64,000 nucleotides of DNA from Chloroflexota bacterium (GCA_016178045.1 JACOUE010000034.1:147-64146), one strand, 5' to 3'; counted from the stretch's first letter, positions 18,252 to 28,856 are shown. A program made the numbers and translations. The notes: generated by a model not told the origin, from the sequence alone.

Positions 18252-19334
18252 ATGCTCCATCACCCAAGCAAACATCTGCTGTTCGTGGTCGGCCTGACGG
18301 CCCTGTTAGCTGCCTGCAGCTCCGGGGGGAGCCCTCAGGTCGGGGGCGAACTGCGCATCTTCAATTGGGACGACTACTTCGCTCCAACCACGCTGGCCGA
18401 CTTTGAGAAGGAATTCGGCATCAAGGTGCATCTTGACACGTTCGATGACGAGGCGGAGCTGCTTTCGACCATAAGCTCTGACCCGTCGCGATACGACCTG
18501 TTCATTGGCTCGGACGAGCTCATCGGCGAAATGGTCGAACTGCGCCTCGTGGCCGAACTCGATCTGGACAACATCCCGAACCTTGCGAATATCGATACAG
18601 AGTTTCTCAATCTGCCGGGCAACCCGGGCAACCGGTACGGCATCCCCTACGACTGGGGCACCACAGGTGTCATGTACAACAGGACATGCATCGAGCCCCA
18701 GGTGAAGAGCTGGGCGCTGCTGCAGGATACCCGCCTTGCTGGCCAGGTGGCGATGGACACCGATCCGGCCGTCGTCATCGGCGCTACCCTGAAATACCTC
18801 GGCTATCCACTGAATAGTGACGATCCGGGCGAGTTGAACGAGGCTGTGGGAATCCTCAAGGACCAGATTAAGAAGGTGCAGCTAAGGTTTATCCCCGCCT
18901 ACGACGCCAGGCAGATGATGAAGTCCGGAGAGCTGTGTGCCACCCAGGCGTACAACGGTGACGCGGCCTACGAAATGGCAGAGAACGAAGACTTCGCGTT
19001 CTTTGTGCCGAAGGAAGGCTCAGACATCTATTTTGACATGATGGCAATACCGCGCGACGCCAAGAACAAGGCCGGGGCAGAGCTCTTCATGAACTACGTG
19101 CTGCGACCAGAAGTCCATGCGGCTATTAGCAACTATACAGGCTACGCCACACCCAACCGCGCCGCCAGGGAGCAGGGCCTAATCGATCAGGCATACCTCT
19201 CAGACCCGACGATCTATCCCGACACCGACCTCCTGGAGCCGTGGGTCATCTTCGACGGCCAGCGAAGGGCTCTGTGGAACAGAGCGTGGGCTGAAGTGCA
19301 GTCCGTGGCTCCGAAGTCCCAGGTTTCGAATTGA
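18252..19334 (+). CDS. PotD/PotF-family polyamine-binding lipoprotein (NspS-like), with no cognate permease or ATPase genes nearby
   Basis: Start trimmed to ATG 18252 (MLHHPSKHLLFVVGLTALLAACSSGG lipobox). Spermidine/putrescine SBP-like body. Confidence 0.85.
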   Translation: MLHHPSKHLLFVVGLTALLAACSSGGSPQVGGELRIFNWDDYFAPTTLADFEKEFGIKVHLDTFDDEAELLSTISSDPSRYDLFIGSDELIGEMVELRLVAELDLDNIPNLANIDTEFLNLPGNPGNRYGIPYDWGTTGVMYNRTCIEPQVKSWALLQDTRLAGQVAMDTDPAVVIGATLKYLGYPLNSDDPGELNEAVGILKDQIKKVQLRFIPAYDARQMMKSGELCATQAYNGDAAYEMAENEDFAFFVPKEGSDIYFDMMAIPRDAKNKAGAELFMNYVLRPEVHAAISNYTGYATPNRAAREQGLIDQAYLSDPTIYPDTDLLEPWVIFDGQRRALWNRAWAEVQSVAPKSQVSN

Positions 19335-21787
19335 AGAAGATTGCCTTCCGGGCCATCGGGCTGGCCGTTGGGAAGACGGTTCGGGGGAGGGTGGCGCGGA
19401 TCATCCTTGTTGTGGGCCTGTTACCCCTCCTCGGGATAGGCGCCTACCTTGCCCTGTCGCTCCGCGACACATTGGGCGGCACCGCCAACCACAGCCTCAA
19501 GAATTATTCGCTTGTCGAGGCGGCGGCAGTGGCCAACGTTGTGCGCCAAGCCGAAGCCAACATTAAACTCCTGGCCTCCAACCCCGTCCTGGAGTCATCG
19601 GCCGCCACCCGAGAGGAAAAGCGCACGCAACTTCTGGAGGCCGAGGAATTCTTCGCGGCCTTCGAGGACATCACCCTCATCGATCCGTCGGGCAGGGTTA
19701 TCGACTCAACGACTTGGGTTTTCGAGGGCAGCTGGCTGGCCAATGCCGCCTTCCAGCAGGCCCTAGCCGGGCAGTCCGGGATGTCTGAGGCTCGCGTGGC
19801 CCGATCACCGGCCCGCCTCGTCGTAGAATTCGCCGCCCCGGTGGGACAACGTAATCAGGTGGCAGCCGTAGTTGTCGGCCGGATGAACATGGAGCGCGTC
19901 TGGGAGATCCTCGACCCCGTCGCCATCGGCGAATCCGGCTTTCTGGCGGCCTTCGACAGGCATGGCAACCTGCTCGCCTACCCTGATAAGGGTTTGCTCC
20001 TCACCAGGCTGGACGGGTACCCGGACGCCGCGGCCTCGGCGGGGTTGACCTCTCTCGACGTCCGGAGCCCGGATGGGGATAGGCTCGTCGGCGAGTTAGC
20101 GCCGGTGGGGTTTCTCGGCTGGCAGGTGGCGGCGCTGCAGGAAAGATCAGAGGCATACGCAATCGCCAACGATATCGTGCAGAAGATAGGCATCCTGGCA
20201 GCGGTGGTGCTCATCCTCACGGTCTTCGCCTCGATCCTTTTCTCCCGCGCTGTAACGCAGCCCATCCGCACCCTCTCTGCCGGCATGCACAAGATCGCAG
20301 AGGGCAGCCTGGATCAGAGAGTGCCGCCGGCCGGTCTCAAGGAGATTGATGGGCTGTCAGCCGCGTTCAATTCCATGGCCGTTAACCTGGAGGCGCGAAC
20401 GGCCGAGCAGACGCGGGCGGAGGAGCAGATCAAATATCTCGCCTACCATGACCCGCTCACCGGGCTGCCCAACCGGGCGCTACTCAAGGACCGTCTGACC
20501 GTTGCGCTTGCGCAGGCCCGTCGCAAGAGGGGGATGCTGGCCGTTATGTTCGTCGATCTGGACCGATTCAAGCTGGTCAACGACACGGTGGGCCACGCGA
20601 TGGGCGATCAACTGCTGCGAAAGTTCGCGGAACGTTTGACACGAGTTGCCCGCGAAGGCGACAGCCTCGCCCGGGTGGGGGGCGACGAGTTCACAGTGTT
20701 GTTGCCGGAGATCTCCGTTTCGGAAGACGCCGATCTGGTCGCTCAGAGAATACTTGAGGCCTCACGCGCGCCGGTCCTGCTGGCGGGGCACGAGTTCAGC
20801 GTCACCGCCAGCATCGGAATCGCCGTATACCCAGGCCACGGCGAAGATGCCGTCGCCCTCCTGCGGAATGCCGATGCAGCGATGTACCGGGCAAAAGAAG
20901 AGGGCCGGAACACGTTCAAGATCTTCGAGCCCGTGATGAACGCCCGCCTGCTGGCGCGAGTGGCTCTGGAGGAAGACCTGAGGCACGCGCTGGAGCGCGC
21001 CGAGTTCCAGCTGCACTACCAGCCGCAGGTGGAGATCCAGACCGGGACTATCGTCGGTGTGGAAGCTCTGTTGCGCTGGCAACACCCGGAACGGGGATCC
21101 GTCCCGCCCGACGAGTTCATCTCACTGGCCGAAGAGACAGGCTTGATCATCCCCATTGGACAATGGGTACTGCGCACCGCTTGCGCCCAGAGCAAAGCCT
21201 GGCAGAATGCAGGTCTGGCGCCCATGTCAATGGCGGTCAACCTCTCGCCCCGTCAGTTCCAGGAGCCGGGCCTGATCAGAGGCATCGCTCGCGTCCTACA
21301 GGAGACAGGTCTTCCCGCCCAGCTGCTGGAACTAGAGATAACCGAGAGTACAGCGATGCGAGATGTCGAGTTCACCATCGCCATGGTGGAAGAGCTGCGA
21401 GCGATGGGGGTGCGCGTCTCAATCGATGATTTCGGCACCGGCTATTCTTCGCTGGGATACCTGAAGCGACTTCCTGTGGATTCGGTGAAGATTGACCGTT
21501 CATTCGTTAACGACGTGACCGCAGACGGCGATGACGCCGCCATTGTGGCGGCCATCGTCGGGCTGGCGCAGACGATGAACCTGAACACAATCGCCGAGGG
21601 AGTGGAGACCGAGGAGCAGCTCGCCTTCCTGAAGAACCTCAACTGCGACTTTGTCCAGGGATTCCTATTCAGTAAGGCGGTTCCGGCCGAGACCTTCGCG
21701 AAGATGCTGGCCGAGCAGCGGCAGCTTCAGCCCTTAGAGACGGGCGTTGGTCCAGCGCCTGCTGCCCAAACCGCGGGTGCCCTCTAG
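19331..21787 (+). CDS. Membrane sensor diguanylate cyclase/phosphodiesterase (periplasmic sensor domain-HAMP-GGDEF-EAL)
   Basis: TTG start overlaps the upstream stop (TTGA). Two TMs flank an approximately 250-aa extracytoplasmic domain. HAMP; RVGGDEFTVLL; EALLRW, DDFGTGYSS. Confidence 0.9.
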   Translation: MKKIAFRAIGLAVGKTVRGRVARIILVVGLLPLLGIGAYLALSLRDTLGGTANHSLKNYSLVEAAAVANVVRQAEANIKLLASNPVLESSAATREEKRTQLLEAEEFFAAFEDITLIDPSGRVIDSTTWVFEGSWLANAAFQQALAGQSGMSEARVARSPARLVVEFAAPVGQRNQVAAVVVGRMNMERVWEILDPVAIGESGFLAAFDRHGNLLAYPDKGLLLTRLDGYPDAAASAGLTSLDVRSPDGDRLVGELAPVGFLGWQVAALQERSEAYAIANDIVQKIGILAAVVLILTVFASILFSRAVTQPIRTLSAGMHKIAEGSLDQRVPPAGLKEIDGLSAAFNSMAVNLEARTAEQTRAEEQIKYLAYHDPLTGLPNRALLKDRLTVALAQARRKRGMLAVMFVDLDRFKLVNDTVGHAMGDQLLRKFAERLTRVAREGDSLARVGGDEFTVLLPEISVSEDADLVAQRILEASRAPVLLAGHEFSVTASIGIAVYPGHGEDAVALLRNADAAMYRAKEEGRNTFKIFEPVMNARLLARVALEEDLRHALERAEFQLHYQPQVEIQTGTIVGVEALLRWQHPERGSVPPDEFISLAEETGLIIPIGQWVLRTACAQSKAWQNAGLAPMSMAVNLSPRQFQEPGLIRGIARVLQETGLPAQLLELEITESTAMRDVEFTIAMVEELRAMGVRVSIDDFGTGYSSLGYLKRLPVDSVKIDRSFVNDVTADGDDAAIVAAIVGLAQTMNLNTIAEGVETEEQLAFLKNLNCDFVQGFLFSKAVPAETFAKMLAEQRQLQPLETGVGPAPAAQTAGAL

Positions 21788-21803
21788 GATCAAGAAATAG
21801 CTC

Positions 21804-21879
21804 TGGCAGGGGCGGCAGGACTCGAACCCGCGACCTGCGGTTTTGGAGACCGCTGCTCTACCAGCTGAGCTACGCCCCT
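21804..21879 (-). tRNA. tRNA-Trp (anticodon CCA), CCA encoded
   Basis: Minus strand AGGGGCGTAGCTCAGCTGGTAGAGCA-GCGGT-CTCCAAA-ACCGC-AGGTC-GCGGGTTCGAGTCCTGC-CGCCCCTGCCA. Confidence 0.9.
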
Positions 21880-22018
21880 GCCCGCGGCCGGCAGACCTGC
21901 CTCGGCTTACCCCATCGCAGGCTGAAGCCTGAGCTTCGCGTTGGGAGCAGGCCGGCCGGTCCGGCCGAATCCAGTATAGCAGACAGCTTTGACGCGATGA
22001 ACGGCAGGCGGGCCCCCG

Positions 22019-22750
22019 CTAGTCGAGGGCGGCCAGCGCCTTGCCAGGGTCGTTGGTGACGATGCCGTCGATCCCCAGGGCGGCGAGCCGGCGGACCTCC
22101 TCCGCCGTGTCGACGGTCCAAGCGTAGAGCGAGAGCGCGCGGCGGCGGGCGTGGCGGACCAGATCTTCGCTGATGCCCTGGTGGTAGACGCTCACGCCCT
22201 GGAGGCCGAGCTGGACTGCCAGCCGGGCCAGCGAGGGCCACGAGGCGACGCCCTCATGGCTGACAAGGAGGGCGCACGGCAGGCGCGGCTCCGCCCGCCG
22301 CATGGACGACAGCACCTGCGACAGGAACGACCACACGATGACGTCGTCCAGGGCGTCCGACTCAGCGATGACGCGGGCGACCTGCTCCTCGATGCCGGGC
22401 TCCTTGATCTCGGCGACGAGCAGCGCCTTCCCCCTGGTCAGGGCCAGCGCCCCGGCCAGGGTGGGGACGCGCTCGCCGCGGAAGGCGCCGTCGAAGGCTT
22501 TGGCGCCGGCGTCCAGCCGCTGGATCTGGTCGAGGGTGAAGGAGGAGACGGGGCCGCTGCCGTCGGTGGTGCGGTCGACGGTGGGGTCGTGGATGAGGAC
22601 GGGCACGCCGTCGGCGCTGGCGTGTACGTCGACCTCCACGGCGTCGGCGCCGAGCTCAAGGGCGGCGCGGACTCCGGCGAGGGTGTTCTCGGGGGCTAGG
22701 CCCGCGCAGGCGGCGTGGGAGATGATGAGGGACCGGGGCCGGTGGGCCAT
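22019..22750 (-). CDS. Glycerophosphodiester phosphodiesterase (cytoplasmic, UgpQ-like)
   Basis: ISHAACAGLAPENTLAG...EVDVHASADGVPVLIHD...: GDPD family blocks, no signal peptide. Confidence 0.85.
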   Translation of the reverse strand: MAHRPRSLIISHAACAGLAPENTLAGVRAALELGADAVEVDVHASADGVPVLIHDPTVDRTTDGSGPVSSFTLDQIQRLDAGAKAFDGAFRGERVPTLAGALALTRGKALLVAEIKEPGIEEQVARVIAESDALDDVIVWSFLSQVLSSMRRAEPRLPCALLVSHEGVASWPSLARLAVQLGLQGVSVYHQGISEDLVRHARRRALSLYAWTVDTAEEVRRLAALGIDGIVTNDPGKALAALD

Positions 22751-22758
22751 ATTGGGGG

Positions 22759-23391
22759 CTAGTCGGCGGAGACGGACTCGAAGGAGGGCCGAAGGCGGTC
22801 GCGCTTCTCGATCACCTCTGCGGACAGTTCGCGGGCCACGACGTGGAGCTCATAGCGAAGGGGAGAAGTCAGGCGTCGGTCGTGCTTGAGGTTGATGCGG
22901 CAGGCGATGCGGTGGAGCTGCTGCGCCATGTACCGCACGGAAACGCGCCAGTCGATGACGGGGTCGCAGACCTCGGGGATGTTGCGGTCCTGGCAGAAAG
23001 TGGCGGCGGCGCGCTCGATGTCGTCCTCCAGGCGGCAGGCGACTAGGTGGTGGGCCAGGCGGTCGGTGTCGCCGTTGTAAGGGCCGTGGCCGTTGCCCAG
23101 GAACGTGAGCACGCGGGCGAGGGTGTGGCGGAGGCCACCGTCGCCGTTGCCGTTGCGGTGGTCGAGCTCGAGGTTGAGGCGCCGCTGCTGGGCGAGGAAG
23201 AGGGTGAGGAGGTCGCGCTCCTGGTCTGCCAGGGGCAGGCCCTGGGGGAGCAGGCCGACGATCTGCCTGGCCCAGGACCGGACGCGGCTCTCCAGCTGAT
23301 CTACTCGGCGAAGGACGTAACGTAGCAAGCGCTCGTCCTCAATCTCGACGATGTCGTCGTCTGGAAACGGGTATGCGCGGTCGCCTAACAC
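22759..23391 (-). CDS. Hypothetical protein
   Basis: 210-aa ORF with coding-like composition; no recognisable motif; GTG start. Confidence 0.55.
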   Translation of the reverse strand: MLGDRAYPFPDDDIVEIEDERLLRYVLRRVDQLESRVRSWARQIVGLLPQGLPLADQERDLLTLFLAQQRRLNLELDHRNGNGDGGLRHTLARVLTFLGNGHGPYNGDTDRLAHHLVACRLEDDIERAAATFCQDRNIPEVCDPVIDWRVSVRYMAQQLHRIACRINLKHDRRLTSPLRYELHVVARELSAEVIEKRDRLRPSFESVSAD

Positions 23392-23508
23392 TAAGGGAGA
23401 GGTCCTCCATAGATAAAGAACAAAAAGGCATGGGCCCTGTTACATTGGCCGCGCCTATGGAGGAAAAATCGGTGAAAGGCGTCGTGCTACAGACGGGAAA
23501 TTGATACA

Positions 23509-24399
23509 ATGAGCGGAGCCTCCGCGCCCGTCGTTATGGTCGATAGCTTCAAGTTCCTGCCTGCCGCCCTGGCCGGCTACTACCAGAGCCTCCCGGTCCA
23601 GCGTGAGGAGCCGATCCCATGGGCCCCGCTGGCCAAGCCCCTCAGCGAGTGCCGGTTCGCTCTGGTCACCACGGCCGGGGTGTACGCTAAAGGGCTGGAG
23701 CCGCCTTTCGACACGGAGCGGGAGGAGAAGGAGCCTCTGTGGGGCGACCCGACATATCGTCGCATCCCCAGCGACATAACGCAAGACCGGGTCGGGGCTT
23801 CACACCTCCACATCAACAACCGGGACATCCTCGCCGACATCAACGTCGTGCTGCCCCTCGGCCGGTTTCTGGAGCTGGAGGAGGAGGGCGTTATCGGTTC
23901 CCTGGCGCAGACTCACTACTCGTTCATGGGGTACCAGATGGACACGCGGGCCTGGCGGGAGCAGTACGGGCCGGAGGTAGCGGGCCTCCTGAAGGACGAG
24001 GGCGCTGACTGCGTGTTCCTGACCCCGGCCTGACCGGACTGCTGCCGCACCGTGCCGGTGCTGGCGCGGACCTTCGAGGGAGCGGGCCTGAGCACCGTTC
24101 TGGTGACGATGATGCCGTACTGGGCCGACCGGGTGGGCGTGCCGCGGACGGTGGGGGTGGAGTTCCCCTACGGCCATCCCCTGGGGATGCCGGACGACCG
24201 CGAGACGCAGATGCGCGTCATACGGGAGGCGCTGACGCTGCTGGAGGAGGCGGAGGGCCCGGGCGAGAGCCGCAACCTGGACCTCGTCTGGCCGCAGGAT
24301 CCGGACACTGCGAAACGCGACTGGCAGCCGCCGGTGCCCTCGCCCATCATCCGGATGCTGCGGGAGCGGGCGCGGGGCCGGCGGGAGGCCGCGGGCTGA
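23509..24399 (+). CDS. GrdB/PrdB-family (glycine/sarcosine/betaine/D-proline reductase component B-like) selenoprotein; TGA 24031-24033 read as selenocysteine
   Basis: Track ORFs 23509-24033 and 24052-24399 share a frame. The junction reads FLTPA-U-PDCCRTVPVLARTFEGAGLSTVLV. The family block DINVVLPLGRFLELEEEGVIGSLA..YSFMGY lies upstream. Confidence 0.75.
24043..24066 (+). promoter_or_regulatory. Candidate SECIS hairpin
   Basis: tgcc-gcacc-GTGCC-ggtgc-t-ggcg: a 9-bp stem with one bulged U and a GU-containing apical loop, starting 10 nt after the TGA. Confidence 0.5.
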
Positions 24400-24420
24400 C
24401 GGCAGGAGGAGCTTCGTCAA

Positions 24421-25703
<1,283 letters not shown>

Positions 25704-25716
<13 letters not shown>

Positions 25717-27119
25717 CGCATCCGGGCGGCGTTCCGCCCGGCGATGCGGCCGAAGACGGCGCCCCGGATGACGGAGGTGGCCCCCGGGTAGTTGTCGTAG
25801 AACAACTCCCCCATCAGCTCCCCCGCCGCGAAGAGCCCGGGTATCGGCTTTCCCGATTCGTGGATGACGCGGGCCTCGCGGTCCACCTTCAGGCCGCCGA
25901 AGGTGAAGGTGATGCCGCCGGTCACCGGCAGGGCGACGAAGGGCGGCGCCTCGACGGGGAGGGCCCAGTTGCTCTTGGGCGGCGAGGCGCCCCTGGTGCT
26001 CTTGCCGTCCAGGCGGTCGAAGTCCAGCTCGCCGGGCTGGACGGCGGTGTTGAAACGGCGGACCGTCTCGGCCAGCGAGCGCGGCGGCAGGCCCAGGGCC
26101 CCGGCCAGGCCCTCGATGGTGTCGCTCATTAGCGGCGGGCCGACGGGGCGCCAGCCGCGCTGGAACTCGGGGCGGGAGTACGCCTGCTGGTCGAAGATGC
26201 AGAACGCCTTCCCGCCGGCCCGCTCGATGATCGCCCTGGCGAACTTGACGTAGGTGTGGTCGCGGAAGTCCTCGCCCTCGTCCAGGAAGCGCTGGCCCTG
26301 CGCATCGACGATGATCCCCATCTGGAAGTTGTAGAGGGCGGTGACGCCGCACTCGACCGGCAGGGAGCGGGCGTCGATGACGGCGGCGTGGTAGCCGTCC
26401 CACTGCCCGGCCGGCCGGGCGCCAACGGCGAGGGCTATGGCGATGCCGTCGCCGGTGTCGTGGCGGGAGCCGCGGAGGACGACCTCCTCGGCGGTGGGGC
26501 CGAGGTGGGCAGCGCGCATCTCGCGGCTGGCCTGGAAGCCGCCGCTGGCCAGCACCACGGCCGGGGAGCGGACCTCCACGGGGCCTTCGGGGGAGACGGC
26601 GCGGAGGCCGGCGATGCGCCCTCCGTCCACGAGCAGCTCGCGGGCGGGCGTCTCGTAGGAGACGGCGACGCCTATTCCTTCGGCGCGGCGGAAGAGGAGG
26701 TCGACCAGCCCCTGGCCCCCGGCGACGGGGGTGCGCCGATAGCCGGCGGTGTGGGGGTAGCCGCTCTCCCACTCCACGCCCAGGGCGGTCAGCCAGTCGA
26801 CGGTCTCCGCGGCGCGACCGACGAGCGCGTCCACGAGGTCGGGGCTGGCGCGGCCACCGGAGATACGGATGAGGTCGCGGCGGAACTCCTCGGGCGTGTA
26901 GGCGCGGTCGCAGTACTGGTCGGCATCGTGGGGGAAGCGGACCTGGGCGTCGGCGAAGCGGGTATTGCCGCCGCGCTCGGCGCGGGGCGCCTTCTCCAGG
27001 AGGACGGCGGAGGCGCCCTCCCCGGCGGCGGTGATGGCGGCGGCGAGGCCGGCGATGCCACCGCCCACGGCCGCTACGTCGAAGTGGAAGGCGTCGGTGG
27101 GGCCGTGCTCCGCGGTCAA
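25704..27119 (-). CDS. FAD-dependent oxidoreductase (fumarate reductase / tricarballylate dehydrogenase TcuA-like flavoprotein)
   Basis: VAAVGGGIAGLAAAITAA dinucleotide fold, ERGGNTRF, C-terminal GLFAAGE motif; 471 aa. Confidence 0.8.
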
Positions 27120-27131
27120 GCCGGGTAGTCG

Positions 27132-27401
27132 CTAGCCGTGGCCGATAGCGCGGCCGGGGGCAATGCGGTCGCGGACGGCCTCTTTGATCTCGCGGGCCTC
27201 GGGGAAGCGGCTGGCCTCCTTGTTCGAAAAGATGGTCTCGCCGTTGAGGCGGACCTCGAAGATGCCGCCGCTGCCGGGCACGAGGGCCACGGACGTCAGC
27301 TCGTTCTCGAAGGTGGCGAGCAGCTCTTGCGCGAGCCAGGCAGCGCGCAGGAGGAACTTGCACTGGGTGCAGTAGCGGATCTCGACGCGGGACTCGGCCA
27401 T
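27132..27401 (-). CDS. Rdx-family (SelW/SelT-like) thioredoxin-fold protein, Cys form (CTQC)
   Basis: VEIRYCTQCKFLLRAAWLAQELL...GGIFEV.LNGE.IFS....RFPE: typical bacterial SelW-like sequence. Confidence 0.85.
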   Translation of the reverse strand: MAESRVEIRYCTQCKFLLRAAWLAQELLATFENELTSVALVPGSGGIFEVRLNGETIFSNKEASRFPEAREIKEAVRDRIAPGRAIGHG

Positions 27402-27416
27402 GGCGGCTCCGTTCCT

Positions 27417-27444
27417 AGCATATGTGGCCGCCGGACGGTGTCAA
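27417..27444 (-). promoter_or_regulatory. Sigma70-type promoter for the Rdx/FAD-oxidoreductase pair
   Basis: Minus strand: GCTTGACACCG..N16..TATGCT, 15 nt before ATG 27401. Confidence 0.45.
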
Positions 27445-27629
27445 GCGCCGAGGAGGGGGCCGAATGGCCCCTTCCAGTCAGGAGAGGTGGCAACTGGCAG
27501 GAGCGGGAGAAGGGTATAATTTGGATTGTGGGCGGGGTGGAAAGGCGGCAAGAGCGGAGACGGCTTCTGAGGCCTTGACCAACTGCTCAGGCTAGCGCCA
27601 CCCCGCCCCAACGATAGAGGGAGGTCGCT

Positions 27630-28318
27630 ATGGTCAAGACGGTTCTTGTCCCTTTGGACGCCTCGGAGCTAGCGGAAGGGGTCCTGCCTTACGCTGAGCA
27701 CATCGCCTCGCGGACGGAGGCGGTCATCGTCCTCCTCACGTCCAACACCGGCAAGGAGACGGAGGCGGCCCGCGATTACTCGGGAGCGTCGCCGACAAGG
27801 TGCTGCACAACACGCACTGTCCCCTCCTCCTGGTGCGGCCGGACGCGACGGAGCGAGCGCCGGCCATCGAGAAGATACTGGTGCCGCTGGACGGCTCGCA
27901 ACTATCGCTGGCGGTTCTTCCGTTTATAAAGGAGACGGCGAAGGCCCTGGGAGCGTCGCTGGTGCTGTTCCACGCGGTGGCTCCCGTGGGCACCTTCCCG
28001 GGCGTGGAGATGGGCGCGGCCAGCGTGGGCCACCTGCTGCAGGGGCTGGAGGACCAGGCGCAACAGTTCCTGCGAGAGGCGGTGAAAGAGGTGAAGGAGT
28101 ACGGGGTGGACGCCAGCTACGCAGTCGTGATCGGCTTTCCGGTGGACAGCGTCATCCGGGCGGCCGAGGACACGGGGGCCGACCTGATCGCCCTGAGCAC
28201 CCACGGCCGCAGCGGGCTGGGCCGGGCGGTCATGGGGAGCGTGGCCGACGGCGTGGTGCGGAGGATCAGCCTCCCCTGCCTGATCGTGCGGCCGCCCGAG
28301 GTGGAGAAGGGCTCGTAG
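27630..28318 (+). pseudogene. Tandem universal stress protein gene whose first USP domain carries an out-of-frame internal deletion; second domain intact
   Basis: Frame 1 gives MVKTVLVPLDASELAEGVLPYAEHIASRTEAVIVLLTS..ARDY, then nonsense. The +1 frame continues GSVADKVLHNTHCPLLLVRP (USP C-terminal motif), followed by a complete second USP domain (KILVPLDGS...STHGRSGLGRAVMGSVADGVV). The central ~70 aa of domain 1 is missing. Confidence 0.55.
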
Positions 28319-28359
28319 GATGGGTAGCATCCGGCTACTCGCACGCCCCGACCCGGGGC

Positions 28360-28806
28360 ATGCTTGAGGGCACGCTCATCGAGCGGGTGCTGGAGCGGCA
28401 GGTGTACCCGGTGCGGCCGGAGGTGACCCTATCCGCCTTGGTTTCCGAGTACATCCTGGCGTACCATCAGCATTGCTACCCGGTGATGGAAGGCGGCGCC
28501 CTGGTGGGACTGATCACGCCGGCGGACCTGAAGAAGTTCCCGCGCACCCAGTGGGAGGAGCGAACGGTCTCAGAGGCGATGACGCCCCGCGAACGGCTGC
28601 ACTCGGTCAGGACGGCGGACGACCTGGCGAAAGTGGCCGAGCAGATGGCGGGGGCGGACGTCCACCAGCTGCCGGTGATGGACGGCGGCCGATTCCTGGG
28701 GTTCGTGACGCGGGCGGACATCGTACGGCTGGTGCAGGTGCGGGGGAGCTGGGCGTGCCGCCGCCGTCCGGGGGCGGTCAAGAGGAGACGGCGGCCATCT
28801 CCGTGA
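28360..28806 (+). CDS. CBS-domain pair protein
   Basis: Two CBS-like units (..YPVMEGGALVGLITPADL.. and ..LPVMDGGRFLGFVTRADIVRL..). Confidence 0.75.
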   Translation: MLEGTLIERVLERQVYPVRPEVTLSALVSEYILAYHQHCYPVMEGGALVGLITPADLKKFPRTQWEERTVSEAMTPRERLHSVRTADDLAKVAEQMAGADVHQLPVMDGGRFLGFVTRADIVRLVQVRGSWACRRRPGAVKRRRRPSP

Positions 28807-28856
28807 AGAGATCGCGCTAATCCCGCATTCACCGTTCGCTGATAAGGAGGACATCC

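Noticed and set aside
21955-21990. Possible promoter (TATACT) for tRNA-Trp, and a TTGACA/TTACCT pair at 58102-58130 for the 56692-57999 gene.
   Set aside because: In each case one of the two hexamers is poor (no acceptable -35 for the first, a 2/6 -10 for the second), so they are left uncalled.
27132-27401. SelW-like (Rdx) gene considered as a third selenoprotein.
   Set aside because: The redox motif is encoded as TGC..TGC (CTQC) with no in-frame TGA. This is the Cys form.
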